Source: Caldivirga maquilingensis IC-167 (GTDB taxonomy: Archaea > Thermoproteota > Thermoprotei > Thermoproteales > Thermocladiaceae). Taken from it: 32,000 bases of DNA. The stretch is from assembly GCF_000018305.1 (NCBI RefSeq), contig NC_009954.1, forward strand, positions 1,530,001 through 1,562,000, given 5' to 3'. Made by a program: the position numbers and the translations under genes. Below the pieces are notes generated by a model. It saw only the letters and a list, made by a program, of their open reading frames with translations. It made no database searches and was not told the origin of the DNA. Shown piece after piece: positions 9,482 to 18,030 of this stretch (position 1 is its first letter; each line of letters opens with the position of its first letter).

Positions 9482-10408
9482 ATGGTCCTCGAAGACACCA
9501 TAAGGCTCATGAGGATTATTGGAATACCTGGATTAATAAAGGGGCGTGGCGATCACGGGCTAGACGCGGATTTATTGGCATTGGCTGAGTTGAATAAGGT
9601 TCAGCTTCTGGTTGATGATAAGTACCTGGGGAGATATGGGGAGTTCCTGGGCTTCCTTGAGTATGTGGTTAGGCGTATGGATGGGCTTGAGTACACGGTT
9701 GTTAAGACCCTAAAACCCTTCCGGAGGATACCATCAGATATAGACCTAGTGGTTAGGAGGGAGGACTTGGGCAGGGTAATAAGGATGTTTAGGAATAATG
9801 GGTTGAGGCTCCTTGACTGGGCCCCCTACGGAGCCACCCTACACAGTACCTCGTATAATTACTACCTTGACGTGACCACAGACCTCTCAGTATCCGGACT
9901 TGTGTACATAAGCGGTGAGTACTTAATCACGCACACCGTGGATAGGCGCATTAATGGGGTTAAAGTCAGGGCTCCGGTGGAGCCTTTGGATTTACTGGCT
10001 ACGATAGCTCACAGCGTCATTAAGGAGTGGATGTTTACATTAAGCGATTACTACACAGCGGTCCTTTGGCTAAGCAACTTAACAAGAGTCCTTAGGTATG
10101 CCAGGGAACTCCACCTTACAAAATCCCTCATGCTATTCATATCCATGGTTAAGGAACTAAGTGACCTAGCATTTGGGCAAAACAACCCAGTAAGTAACGT
10201 GGTGAGGGTATTAGCCCCATTAAACGTGAGGGATAACCTTAAGAGCGAATTACCCATTAAGTATAGCCCTCGGTACCTAATACCCTGCTACACCGAGAGA
10301 TTCATGAACACGGAAACCTTGACACGCATGCCCACTGCACTCAGGGCTGCGCTCAACACGGGCTTCCTGAGGTTACTCATAAACCATGCACTCAGGTCCT
10401 CATATTAG
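9482..10408 (+). CDS. pol-beta-superfamily nucleotidyltransferase (resembles the uncharacterised NTP_transf_5 family)
   Basis: The block KPFRRIPSDIDLVVRREDLGRVIRMFRNNGLRLLD is recalled as typical of that family (..D.DllV...d......L...G). The gene starts 10 nt after the P-loop gene. Confidence 0.5.
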   Translation: MVLEDTIRLMRIIGIPGLIKGRGDHGLDADLLALAELNKVQLLVDDKYLGRYGEFLGFLEYVVRRMDGLEYTVVKTLKPFRRIPSDIDLVVRREDLGRVIRMFRNNGLRLLDWAPYGATLHSTSYNYYLDVTTDLSVSGLVYISGEYLITHTVDRRINGVKVRAPVEPLDLLATIAHSVIKEWMFTLSDYYTAVLWLSNLTRVLRYARELHLTKSLMLFISMVKELSDLAFGQNNPVSNVVRVLAPLNVRDNLKSELPIKYSPRYLIPCYTERFMNTETLTRMPTALRAALNTGFLRLLINHALRSSY

Positions 10409-10443
10409 CATTGCTTTTAAAATACGCAATCTAGGTTGAGCAA

Positions 10444-11894
10444 ATGAGCAGTGAATCCTCGGTGTCTGGGGTTATTACTGGATACTTAGCATCCGCCGTG
10501 ATATACGTCATAATACTAACCAGGTTAATACCCCTGACACAGTACGGTTATTACAACTCACTCCTAGCAATGATGGGGATATTCTCACTCTTCTTCCCAA
10601 CCCTGGGCATCGACGTGGCTATTGCCAGGGAGGCTGCCATGCTCCATGCCAGGGACATGCCCTTTGAGGGACACATGGCCGCCATACTCCTCATCTCAAT
10701 AATACTGACCACCGCATACTCACTAACGTTATTCCTCGCAATACCCCTGTACATAATTAGTAAGATACCCAGTTACTACCTGGGTATTGTTTACATATAC
10801 ATTGCCTGGATAATAACCCAGGCATTTACCGGCGTTCTCTCAACATACCTATGGATAATGAGCAAGCTCAGGTCCCAGGGTGTTGGGAATATGCTCTACA
10901 GCCTTGTCTTTAGGCCCCTTGAGGTTGCCCTATTAGTGGTAATGCACAGTGTCTACGCGATTATAATATCCATACTAATTGGTCAATTAACAGCGCTCCT
11001 CTACTACATGTTAATTATAAGGCGATTACCAAACCCACTGAAGGGCTTGGCTCTGATAAAGAATGGGCTTAGAAGGTACCTCAACACGGGCTTTCAAAAC
11101 TGGATAATCAGTTACATAGGCTCAATAGGGGGTTACGCATTAACATACCTAGTGTACCTATCCCTAGGCCCTGAGTACGTGGCTATATACAACCTAGTAA
11201 CATACATGCTCGGCGCAGTAACAACATTAACTGGTTCAGTGAGTAACGTATTCAGTAGTAAACTTTCACACGTGATAGGCGCCGGCGGTGATACAAAGGC
11301 CTTAGTAAGGGATTATGCAATCTCCATTATAGTGACCAGCGGCGTACTATCGCAGTTAGCCATGTTAACCATCCCACTGCTTCCTATCCTGAGTATTGTG
11401 CATGGTGATTACGTGAGATCCATACCCTATGCGATGTTGTTACTAGCCTCAGCGGTGATTTCGGCACCCGTGAGTATATACACAGTGTATTACTGGGTCC
11501 TTGGTAAGGGTTGGCATTCAGTTAAGATCTCAGCATTGGGGGTTACCGTGGGTCTTTTAATATTCATAATCACTGTTAAGTACCTGGGCTTCTACTCAGT
11601 AATCCTTTCATCATACGCATCCTCAATCTCCCCATTAATCGCATTCATATAATCAGTAATGCCTATCTTAGGGATAGAGACACCTTATTCAACCTATTGA
11701 TAATCAGCATGCTAGCATCAGCATCATCAGCGATTACAGTAATGCATGGTTGGCCAATACCTCAAACCATACTGTTTATAGACACCTTAGTGGTTGTTTA
11801 CATAATGAAGCCCATACCCCGGTCCGTAATGAATCAACTACCCGGGTTCCTAAAGCTCATGGTTAAGCCCTTTACCACCGTGTTAAGTGAGTAA
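10444..11894 (+). pseudogene. Wzx-like (MOP superfamily) polysaccharide flippase with its C-terminus displaced by a frameshift
   Basis: A 402-aa polytopic ORF (10444..11652) whose N-terminal block LTRLIPLTQYGYYNSLLAMMGIFSLFFPTLGIDVAIAREAAM parallels the 492-aa paralogue at 23448. The missing tail (..PRSVMNQLPGFLKLMVKPFTT, compare ..TPRILRPLLKPFTRRN) sits in ORF 11697..11894, in frame 0, which is open from 11580. The shift therefore lies between 11580 and 11652. Confidence 0.6.
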
Positions 11895-12027
11895 GCTTTA
11901 TTTCCCCGTTTAATCAAGCTCTGAATTATGCACGCACACCATTGCATACATTATAATCAAGGATTAATTACCCCATTACCATTAATTAACGTTAATATGC
12001 ATGAAGCGCTAAGCCTGGGTCATTGAT

Positions 12028-12933
12028 ATGAAATCTCACTTACTAATATTAATTCTAATTATACTGATTATTGGGGTTCTAGCTATACCTACGGTGGCCC
12101 AGGTAAATCAACTACTCATTGCCTACTCCATGGTGTCTAAATTGGGTGCTGAGGGCGTCAATGTGACTTCACTGGTAAATTCACTCAATGAAGCCATTGA
12201 GTTCGAGCAGGAGGGCTACACCAGCAATGCCACGTTAATAGCTGAGCACGTAATTACCACAGTCAACTCCATGGCACCCGTGGTTCACCTGCACCACGTA
12301 CTTAACACAGCATTGACAATAATCGTATTGCTCATGGTCATTACATTGTCCGTACTATTGTACGTAAGGCGTAGGGAGATCCTTGGCAGATTATGGCTCA
12401 GGTTTAGGGGTAGGTATAGTGTTAATCGCATCAGTGGTAGCGAAAGAACTTTATTGTTTAATGAGGAGGTCCTCGCTGTGGTGGTGGCCGTAATTGTGGT
12501 TTTAGTTGTCTTCGGAGTCGCCATAACGATCATTGGTGGTTCGCATGAACCCTTCTCAGCAATAGCGCTTCTTAATTCTAACATGCATATTGGTAATTAC
12601 CCAACCGTGATTGCGGTTGGACAGCCCGTACACCTATACCTATTTATTTACAATCACATGAATAAGCTCATTTGGTACGTGGTCAAGGTGTACATAATGA
12701 GCAATACCACCGTGGAGCCACCACTGGTCCTCACACCTATAGTGACGTATCAAGTGATCCTCCTGAACAATGCCACCTACACTGCTCCATTAACCTTCTC
12801 CCTAAACTCAACCGGCACTTATAGGGTTATAGCTGAGCTTTGGTACTACGACCCAAGCAACCTAACACTGACTTATACGGGTAATTACGTGCAGTTGTGG
12901 ATAAACGCCACTGGGGTGATGCCCAGTGGCTAG
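12028..12933 (+). CDS. signal-anchored membrane glycoprotein with a DUF1616-like C-terminal domain
   Basis: The N-terminal hydrophobic signal is LLILILIILIIGVLAIPTVAQ, followed by two further TM segments. The segment EPFSAIALLNSNMHIGNYPTVIAVGQPVHLYLFIYNHMNKLIWYVVKV resembles the extracellular half of archaeal DUF1616 proteins. There are seven N-x-S/T sequons. Confidence 0.5.
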   Translation: MKSHLLILILIILIIGVLAIPTVAQVNQLLIAYSMVSKLGAEGVNVTSLVNSLNEAIEFEQEGYTSNATLIAEHVITTVNSMAPVVHLHHVLNTALTIIVLLMVITLSVLLYVRRREILGRLWLRFRGRYSVNRISGSERTLLFNEEVLAVVVAVIVVLVVFGVAITIIGGSHEPFSAIALLNSNMHIGNYPTVIAVGQPVHLYLFIYNHMNKLIWYVVKVYIMSNTTVEPPLVLTPIVTYQVILLNNATYTAPLTFSLNSTGTYRVIAELWYYDPSNLTLTYTGNYVQLWINATGVMPSG

Positions 12934-13513
12934 TGGTATTAGGGATACAATAATGAGGGAGGTTGAGGAAAAGCCCTGCATCACCGTTGAAGAACTTGTC
13001 AATGAGGTTTCCAGGAAAGTTGGAGTTCCCAGGGAGTATGTGGCTTATGAATTAATGATGCTTTGGAAGAAGGGTGCCGTGGAGCTTGAGGGTTACCCAA
13101 TGGATAATAGGATCATGTACCTCCTAAGTATCGAGGGCCTTTGGTACTGGGTGACCCTTGGCATATCCCTAGCCTCGGTATTGGCCGTACTTTTGATAGG
13201 CAATGGCCCATTAATGTACATTAGGTATGTGCTTGGCGCGTTAATGACCTTGTTCATGCCAGGTTACTCCCTGATTGAGACCCTATACCCGAGGGGTGAT
13301 GAGCTCAAGCCCCTGGAGAGGCTTGCACTATCCATTGGGCTTAGCCTAGCCATTACACCACTAATAGGGCTTATCCTCAATTACACACCATGGGGTATTA
13401 GGCTCATACCCATAATGGTATCAACAACCCTAGCAACAACAGCCCTACTAACCACCGCAGCAATTAAGAAAAGCAATTATTATTTAAGTAGGAGGAGTAG
13501 GTGCTTTGAATAA
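12926..13513 (+). CDS. wHTH-like N-terminus plus DUF1616-like membrane module; apparently truncated
   Basis: LMTLFMPGYSLIETLYPRGDELKPLERLALSIGLSLAITPLIGLILNYTPWGIRL matches the N-terminal membrane half of DUF1616-type proteins. The likely start is the ATG at 12953 (MREVEEKPCITVEEL..). Another TM helix continues in a different frame from 13510 to the stop at 13633-13635, and the extracellular half is absent. Confidence 0.5.
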   Translation: MASGIRDTIMREVEEKPCITVEELVNEVSRKVGVPREYVAYELMMLWKKGAVELEGYPMDNRIMYLLSIEGLWYWVTLGISLASVLAVLLIGNGPLMYIRYVLGALMTLFMPGYSLIETLYPRGDELKPLERLALSIGLSLAITPLIGLILNYTPWGIRLIPIMVSTTLATTALLTTAAIKKSNYYLSRRSRCFE

Positions 13514-13734
13514 GAGCTGACCTAAGCATCTTATTGCTAATTCTTGGTATCGGAATCACGTCCATTGGGTACTTAATCCTAGACTCCATACCAGTATTCA
13601 TAACGACAGCATTGAGTGAGGACTCCCCTGAGTAGTGTAAATCAGGAATTAATGAGCAGAGCCTGGGGAGTGTGTCGGTATTAATAGAAAGCATGAGCAT
13701 CGCTAATAAGGCTATTTACCCACCATCCTCATTG

Positions 13735-14232
13735 GCCCAGGACTCAAGGGTATGCGCATTAATAACACTGGTATAATCCGCAGTGGTTCTTGTTCATTAG
13801 ATGATGACAGTACATCACTTAGGGACGCTATGCCCACGTTAATTAAGATCCTGAGAAAAACGCCCAACTACGTAGGTGCAATAAGGAGGTACTGCTCATG
13901 GAGGGTAAGATGGACCCGGTAAATTACTTGCTACAATTAATAAGCTGGGGTTTAGAGGGGTTATTCAAGGATATGGGGCAGAGCCATCAAGGCAGTGGGC
14001 CTCGGTGTAATGCACGGGTTACTAAAGGAGCTAGGCTACTTACCCAGAGAAATTTAAAAAAAATACACATTAAGCACTGGCTATGGGCTTGTTAAGAGAG
14101 GCAAGGGTTTTACTGCGTAGTAGACGTTTATTCAGTAATTGGCTAAGCCTCGGCGTTAGGTACTGGTTGATATTGATTATCTGTATCTACAAGAATGATT
14201 GGTATTGTGAATGAATTAGGGTCTTTATGTTT
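13735..14232 (+). pseudogene. mosaic of fossil gene fragments: GT2 (internally deleted), FkbM 5' end, and GT4 3' end
   Basis: 13781-13885 aligns with 15581-15685 at a constant offset of 1800. 13888-14170 aligns with about 15991-16270. 14182-14230 aligns with 4405-4453. No intact frame remains; ORF 13898..14095 is a by-product. Confidence 0.8.
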
Positions 14233-15270
14233 TTATGAGTCATGAGGTGGTGTTAAATCGTTAAATGTGATTGGTCCTTTAATAAATAGTCCCGCTAGTT
14301 CTATTATACTGGATTTCACATGAGGCGCCTTGTATAGGTCTAGCTTGCCTAGCATTGATTCTAGGAGTTTACCGAGTTTCTGCCCCTCCTTTATTGCTAA
14401 GTGGTATGTCTTGCTTGATTCATTCCTGGTTATACTTAAGTATAACCAGTATATTGTGCGTCTCAGGGTTATGGTGAATCTAAGGGGGCTGTACCTAGTC
14501 CTCAGTATCATTGATAATGCCATAGTTCCTCTATAACCATAGTAAAGGCTCGTAAGACCTCTGGTGGTCATGCCTACGTAATGTTTTCCTGTTTTTGCTG
14601 GCATGTACTTTGCTCTGTATCCTTTGTTCCATAGTGCTAATCCTAGTAGTGAGTCGTCTAGGTATAGGAATGTTTCATTTATGAAGGGCTTACCGTGGGG
14701 CATGGTGTTTTTTACCGCGTCAATCCTCACCACCATGTATGCTCCATCCGCGTAGGTCACGTGATGCTCTTTGTCAATACCTGGGCAATTCCCTGGCAAT
14801 GCCCCATTGCAAATGGGACTTCCTATCCAAGTCTCGTTCAAATAACCACCTGCCGAGTATATCGTCTTACCATCGCCGTAGTAAATGAGCCCGTTCACTG
14901 CCCCTATTTTCTCATCGCCCTCCATTGACTCTATAAGCTCTCTCAGTGACTCCAGCTCTGCAATTAGGTCATTATTCACGAATGCCACGTACCTAGTCTC
15001 CGGATCCCTAGCATCCCACCCCAGGTTCATGCCACCAGCATAGCCTAAGTTAGACTCACTCCTGATGATCCTGACCTTCAAGTGACCTGGCCTCCTCTCC
15101 TCAATGTACTTCCTAATCAACTCATAGCTCCCATCACTCGATGCGTTATCGACAATGATTAGCTCATAACCATCGAAGTCAAGGTTCATGAATGAATCAA
15201 GGCTTTGGAGCATTACGTCCTTAAACTTCATACTATTGTAGTTCAACCAGATTACGGAAATTGAAACCAT
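14233..15270 (-). CDS. GT2 (GT-A fold) glycosyltransferase
   Basis: ISVIWLNYNSMKF..YELIIVDNASSDGS and FVNNDL (DxD-equivalent). An ATG start lies at 15268-15270. A TATA-like CATATAAA (minus sense, 15291-15298) sits 21-28 nt upstream. Confidence 0.85.
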   Translation of the reverse strand: MVSISVIWLNYNSMKFKDVMLQSLDSFMNLDFDGYELIIVDNASSDGSYELIRKYIEERRPGHLKVRIIRSESNLGYAGGMNLGWDARDPETRYVAFVNNDLIAELESLRELIESMEGDEKIGAVNGLIYYGDGKTIYSAGGYLNETWIGSPICNGALPGNCPGIDKEHHVTYADGAYMVVRIDAVKNTMPHGKPFINETFLYLDDSLLGLALWNKGYRAKYMPAKTGKHYVGMTTRGLTSLYYGYRGTMALSMILRTRYSPLRFTITLRRTIYWLYLSITRNESSKTYHLAIKEGQKLGKLLESMLGKLDLYKAPHVKSSIIELAGLFIKGPITFNDLTPPHDS

Positions 15271-16223
15271 GCGAAGGCAGCTTCGTGGTGTTTATATGCA
15301 TAATACATTTAAGCTCTGCGCCTCCTTTAGCCTATGTCTTTCTTAACTTCCATAATTGTGACCATAATCCGGATGCATCACTTCTCTCTAGGACTTTCTC
15401 GACGCTTACCGGCTTTGTTGACGTCATAATTATGGTTGATAATGCATCAAGCAATAGGGACTTCCTGATTAGGCTCTGTGGCTCTTATGGTAATTGTGAC
15501 TTCCTAGAAGTTGGATTTAACTCAGGCGTTGCCCATGCATTAAGAATTGGCGTTAAGTACGCAGTTGAGAGGTACAACCCACAGTGGCTCTTGTTCTTAG
15601 ATGACGACAGCACACCACTTAGGGACGCCATGCCCACGTTAATTAAGATCCTAAGAAAAATGCCCAATCAAGTAGGCGCTGTGAGGATATCCCCTGGGTC
15701 TGGTGATTGCCGCATATACGATGACCGTTACGGCATGTTCTCGGGCACGTTCATAAGGTCAAGCGTCGCCTTAAGGGCTTGCTGCAGGGACGACTTCTTC
15801 CTAGACCAAGCGGACCTCGACATGTACTTCAGGGTCAGGGAGCTGGGCTATAGAACGCTCTTCGTAAATTGTAAATTACTTGATCACAGGCTTGGTGTTA
15901 AGGCGTGGATCCCCGTGATATCCCATAGGTATGGTGGTCCCGTGGATTATGAGCCACCGTGGAGGCTCTATTACATTGCAAGAAACTCCACGGTGCTGCT
16001 TCTGGAGGGCAAGATAGACTCGATAACATACTTGCTGCAATTAATAAACTGGGGCCTTAAGGGAATATTACGCGATAGAGGCAAGGCCATTAAGGCAGTG
16101 AGCCTCGGTATAATGCACGGGTTACTAAAGGAGTTAGGTTACTTAACCCAGAGAAATTTAAAAAAATATACATTAAGCACCGGCTATGGGCTTGTTAAGG
16201 AGGGTCAAGGCTTTGCTGCGTAG
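15261..16223 (+). CDS. GT2 glycosyltransferase of the rhamnosyltransferase-like type; N-terminus frameshifted
   Basis: DVIIMVDNASSN, FLDDDS, and DQADLDMYFRVRELGY. The natural-looking N-terminus MSFLTSIIVT starts at the ATG at 15334 in frame 1 and meets the main frame (..HNPDASLL..) only if one base is restored at about 15361-15363 (gtgacc-ataat). The TTG at 15261 is just the first in-frame alternative start codon and overlaps the divergent gene. Confidence 0.75.
   Translation: MKPCEGSFVVFICIIHLSSAPPLAYVFLNFHNCDHNPDASLLSRTFSTLTGFVDVIIMVDNASSNRDFLIRLCGSYGNCDFLEVGFNSGVAHALRIGVKYAVERYNPQWLLFLDDDSTPLRDAMPTLIKILRKMPNQVGAVRISPGSGDCRIYDDRYGMFSGTFIRSSVALRACCRDDFFLDQADLDMYFRVRELGYRTLFVNCKLLDHRLGVKAWIPVISHRYGGPVDYEPPWRLYYIARNSTVLLLEGKIDSITYLLQLINWGLKGILRDRGKAIKAVSLGIMHGLLKELGYLTQRNLKKYTLSTGYGLVKEGQGFAA
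15271..15333. promoter_or_regulatory. divergent promoter region with two back-to-back TATA-like boxes
   Basis: tttatatg at 15291-15298 reads CATATAAA for the minus-strand GT2. catttaag at about 15306-15313 lies about 25 nt upstream of the ATG at 15334 on the plus strand. Both spacings fit leaderless archaeal transcripts. Confidence 0.4.
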
Positions 16224-17178
16224 TAGGCGTTTGTTTAGGAATTGGTTAAGTTTGGGTATTAGGTATCAGTTAGTGAGATATGGGTTGATTAAGGGTAACA
16301 ATTTATTGACTGCTATATGTAGGGATGGCAATACGTCGTTAATTGAACCCCAGGTCTATGGTTTTATTGCCAACGTTTATTATGATGGTTTAATTGCAGG
16401 GTATGATTGCGGTAGTAAAAGTGTAGTATTGACTAATGGATCTAAGTTACCGCTTAATAGGCTTCATGAAATTGTTGGTATCAAATATGGTTGGTTTTTC
16501 AATGGTGATTGCTGGTTTAAGGGTGGAATTATGTTCAAGGCGATGCGTTGGCCTATTATTGAGACCTTTGAGCTTAACCAATATAATGTTATTGATGTTA
16601 GGGGCAGGGTTGTTGTTGATGTTGGGGCTTTTGTGGGTGATTCAGCCATATATTTCGCACTGAAGGGTGCGAGGAAAGTCTACGCCATTGAACCACATCC
16701 TGAGGCTTATGAGGAGATGCTCATGAATATCTCATTAAATGGTCTAGGCGATAAAATAATGCCAATTAACATAGCAGTGGGCAGAAATGGAGTTGTATGT
16801 ATAAGCCCGGATAACGATATTACAAGCGCTAATGTAACCTACTCTATGACTGAGGTAGAATGTAGTGGAACTAGAGTACGAAGCATTAGGCTTGGTGATT
16901 TGATTCAGAAGTATAGTATTGAGCCCGACGTGTTAAAGATGGACTGTGAGGGTTGCGAATATGATGTGATTATGAATGATTATGATGCCGTGAAGTTATT
17001 CAAGGAGTTAGTGTTTGAGTATCACGCTTATGCCACAGGGAGACCAGTGAGTGAATTATTAAGGGCCTTAAGCAGGGACTTCAAGTGTGAGTTCGTTAAT
17101 GAGGGCTTCCTTCAAAAGTATCAACCACGGTATAAGAGGGAGGAGCTTGGCATGATTCACTGCATCAATATTGATTAG
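16186..17178 (+). CDS. FkbM-family SAM-dependent methyltransferase
   Basis: VVDVGAFVGDSAIYFALKGARKVYAIEPHPEAYEEM and LKMDCEGCEYDVI. It is a paralogue of 759..1655 and overlaps the GT2 3' end by 38 nt. Confidence 0.85.
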   Translation: MGLLRRVKALLRSRRLFRNWLSLGIRYQLVRYGLIKGNNLLTAICRDGNTSLIEPQVYGFIANVYYDGLIAGYDCGSKSVVLTNGSKLPLNRLHEIVGIKYGWFFNGDCWFKGGIMFKAMRWPIIETFELNQYNVIDVRGRVVVDVGAFVGDSAIYFALKGARKVYAIEPHPEAYEEMLMNISLNGLGDKIMPINIAVGRNGVVCISPDNDITSANVTYSMTEVECSGTRVRSIRLGDLIQKYSIEPDVLKMDCEGCEYDVIMNDYDAVKLFKELVFEYHAYATGRPVSELLRALSRDFKCEFVNEGFLQKYQPRYKREELGMIHCINID

Positions 17179-17184
17179 GACGCA

Positions 17185-18030
17185 TCACCTTATTAATTCT
17201 GCATATAACATGTGCTTTACATTGTTAACGTTCTTGATGCCTACGGCCCTATAGTCATACCCTTTTAACATACTTATGATGTCCATAGTCTTTACTTGAT
17301 CTATGTGTACCTCTATCACAAACCTACTAATAAAACCCTTGTTTAAGGCCTCCTGGGCACCTCTCAACACCCTTGCCTCATAACCCTCAACATCAATCTT
17401 CACTAAATCGATGTGATCAATGGCTCTACCAATCATTGCCCTTGAGTGCCTAATGAATGCATCTAGCGTGATTATCGGGACTGTGAATGAGCGGGCAATA
17501 CCCAAATCACCAGTTGGGTTTCTTGTTATGTGGTTTTGTATGAATGATGACGCCTCAATATTCCTCAACGCCACATACAGCCTTGACCTCCCGATATAAT
17601 CGCCTAGTGCCAAAGGTATTGCGTGTATGTTGGAGACACCATTCACTTCAATATTCCTAACCAACCACTGATAAGCCAATGGGTTTGGCTCAAACGAGAC
17701 CACGAAACCACCGTTACCGATGAGCTTAGCTGCCCATAGTGAGTAGATGCCGACGTAGGCGCCCACATCAAGCACAATCCAGTTAGGCTTCGGTATGAAG
17801 TCCCTGCTTAACGCATACTCCCTCCTAACGAATTGGTCGGGAACATTTATGAGGAGTGTATCAATATTATTCACAATGATCTTATTACCATCAGGTAGGT
17901 GCACAACCCTGGGATAAACACCGAGCCTCCGTAGGGCGCTTATTGATGCCGTTAAATTGGCCAAAGCTAAGTCTAGGGGATACTTGTTAACCATGGAAGT
18001 CCTTATGCTATTGAGTACTGCCTTTATCAT
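17185..18030 (-). CDS. FkbM-family SAM-dependent methyltransferase (third, more divergent copy)
   Basis: VLDVGAYVGIYSLWAAK..VVSFEPNPLAYQWL and LVKIDVEGYEARVLRG. The start overlaps the stop of the upstream GT4 by 4 nt (ATGA). Confidence 0.8.
   Translation of the reverse strand: MIKAVLNSIRTSMVNKYPLDLALANLTASISALRRLGVYPRVVHLPDGNKIIVNNIDTLLINVPDQFVRREYALSRDFIPKPNWIVLDVGAYVGIYSLWAAKLIGNGGFVVSFEPNPLAYQWLVRNIEVNGVSNIHAIPLALGDYIGRSRLYVALRNIEASSFIQNHITRNPTGDLGIARSFTVPIITLDAFIRHSRAMIGRAIDHIDLVKIDVEGYEARVLRGAQEALNKGFISRFVIEVHIDQVKTMDIISMLKGYDYRAVGIKNVNNVKHMLYAELIR

Noticed and set aside
13898-14095. A 65-aa ORF that could be taken as a small gene.
   Set aside because: It is simply the longest open stretch within the degenerate copy of the GT2 3' end (compare 16000-16200), so it is a by-product of the fossil rather than a gene.
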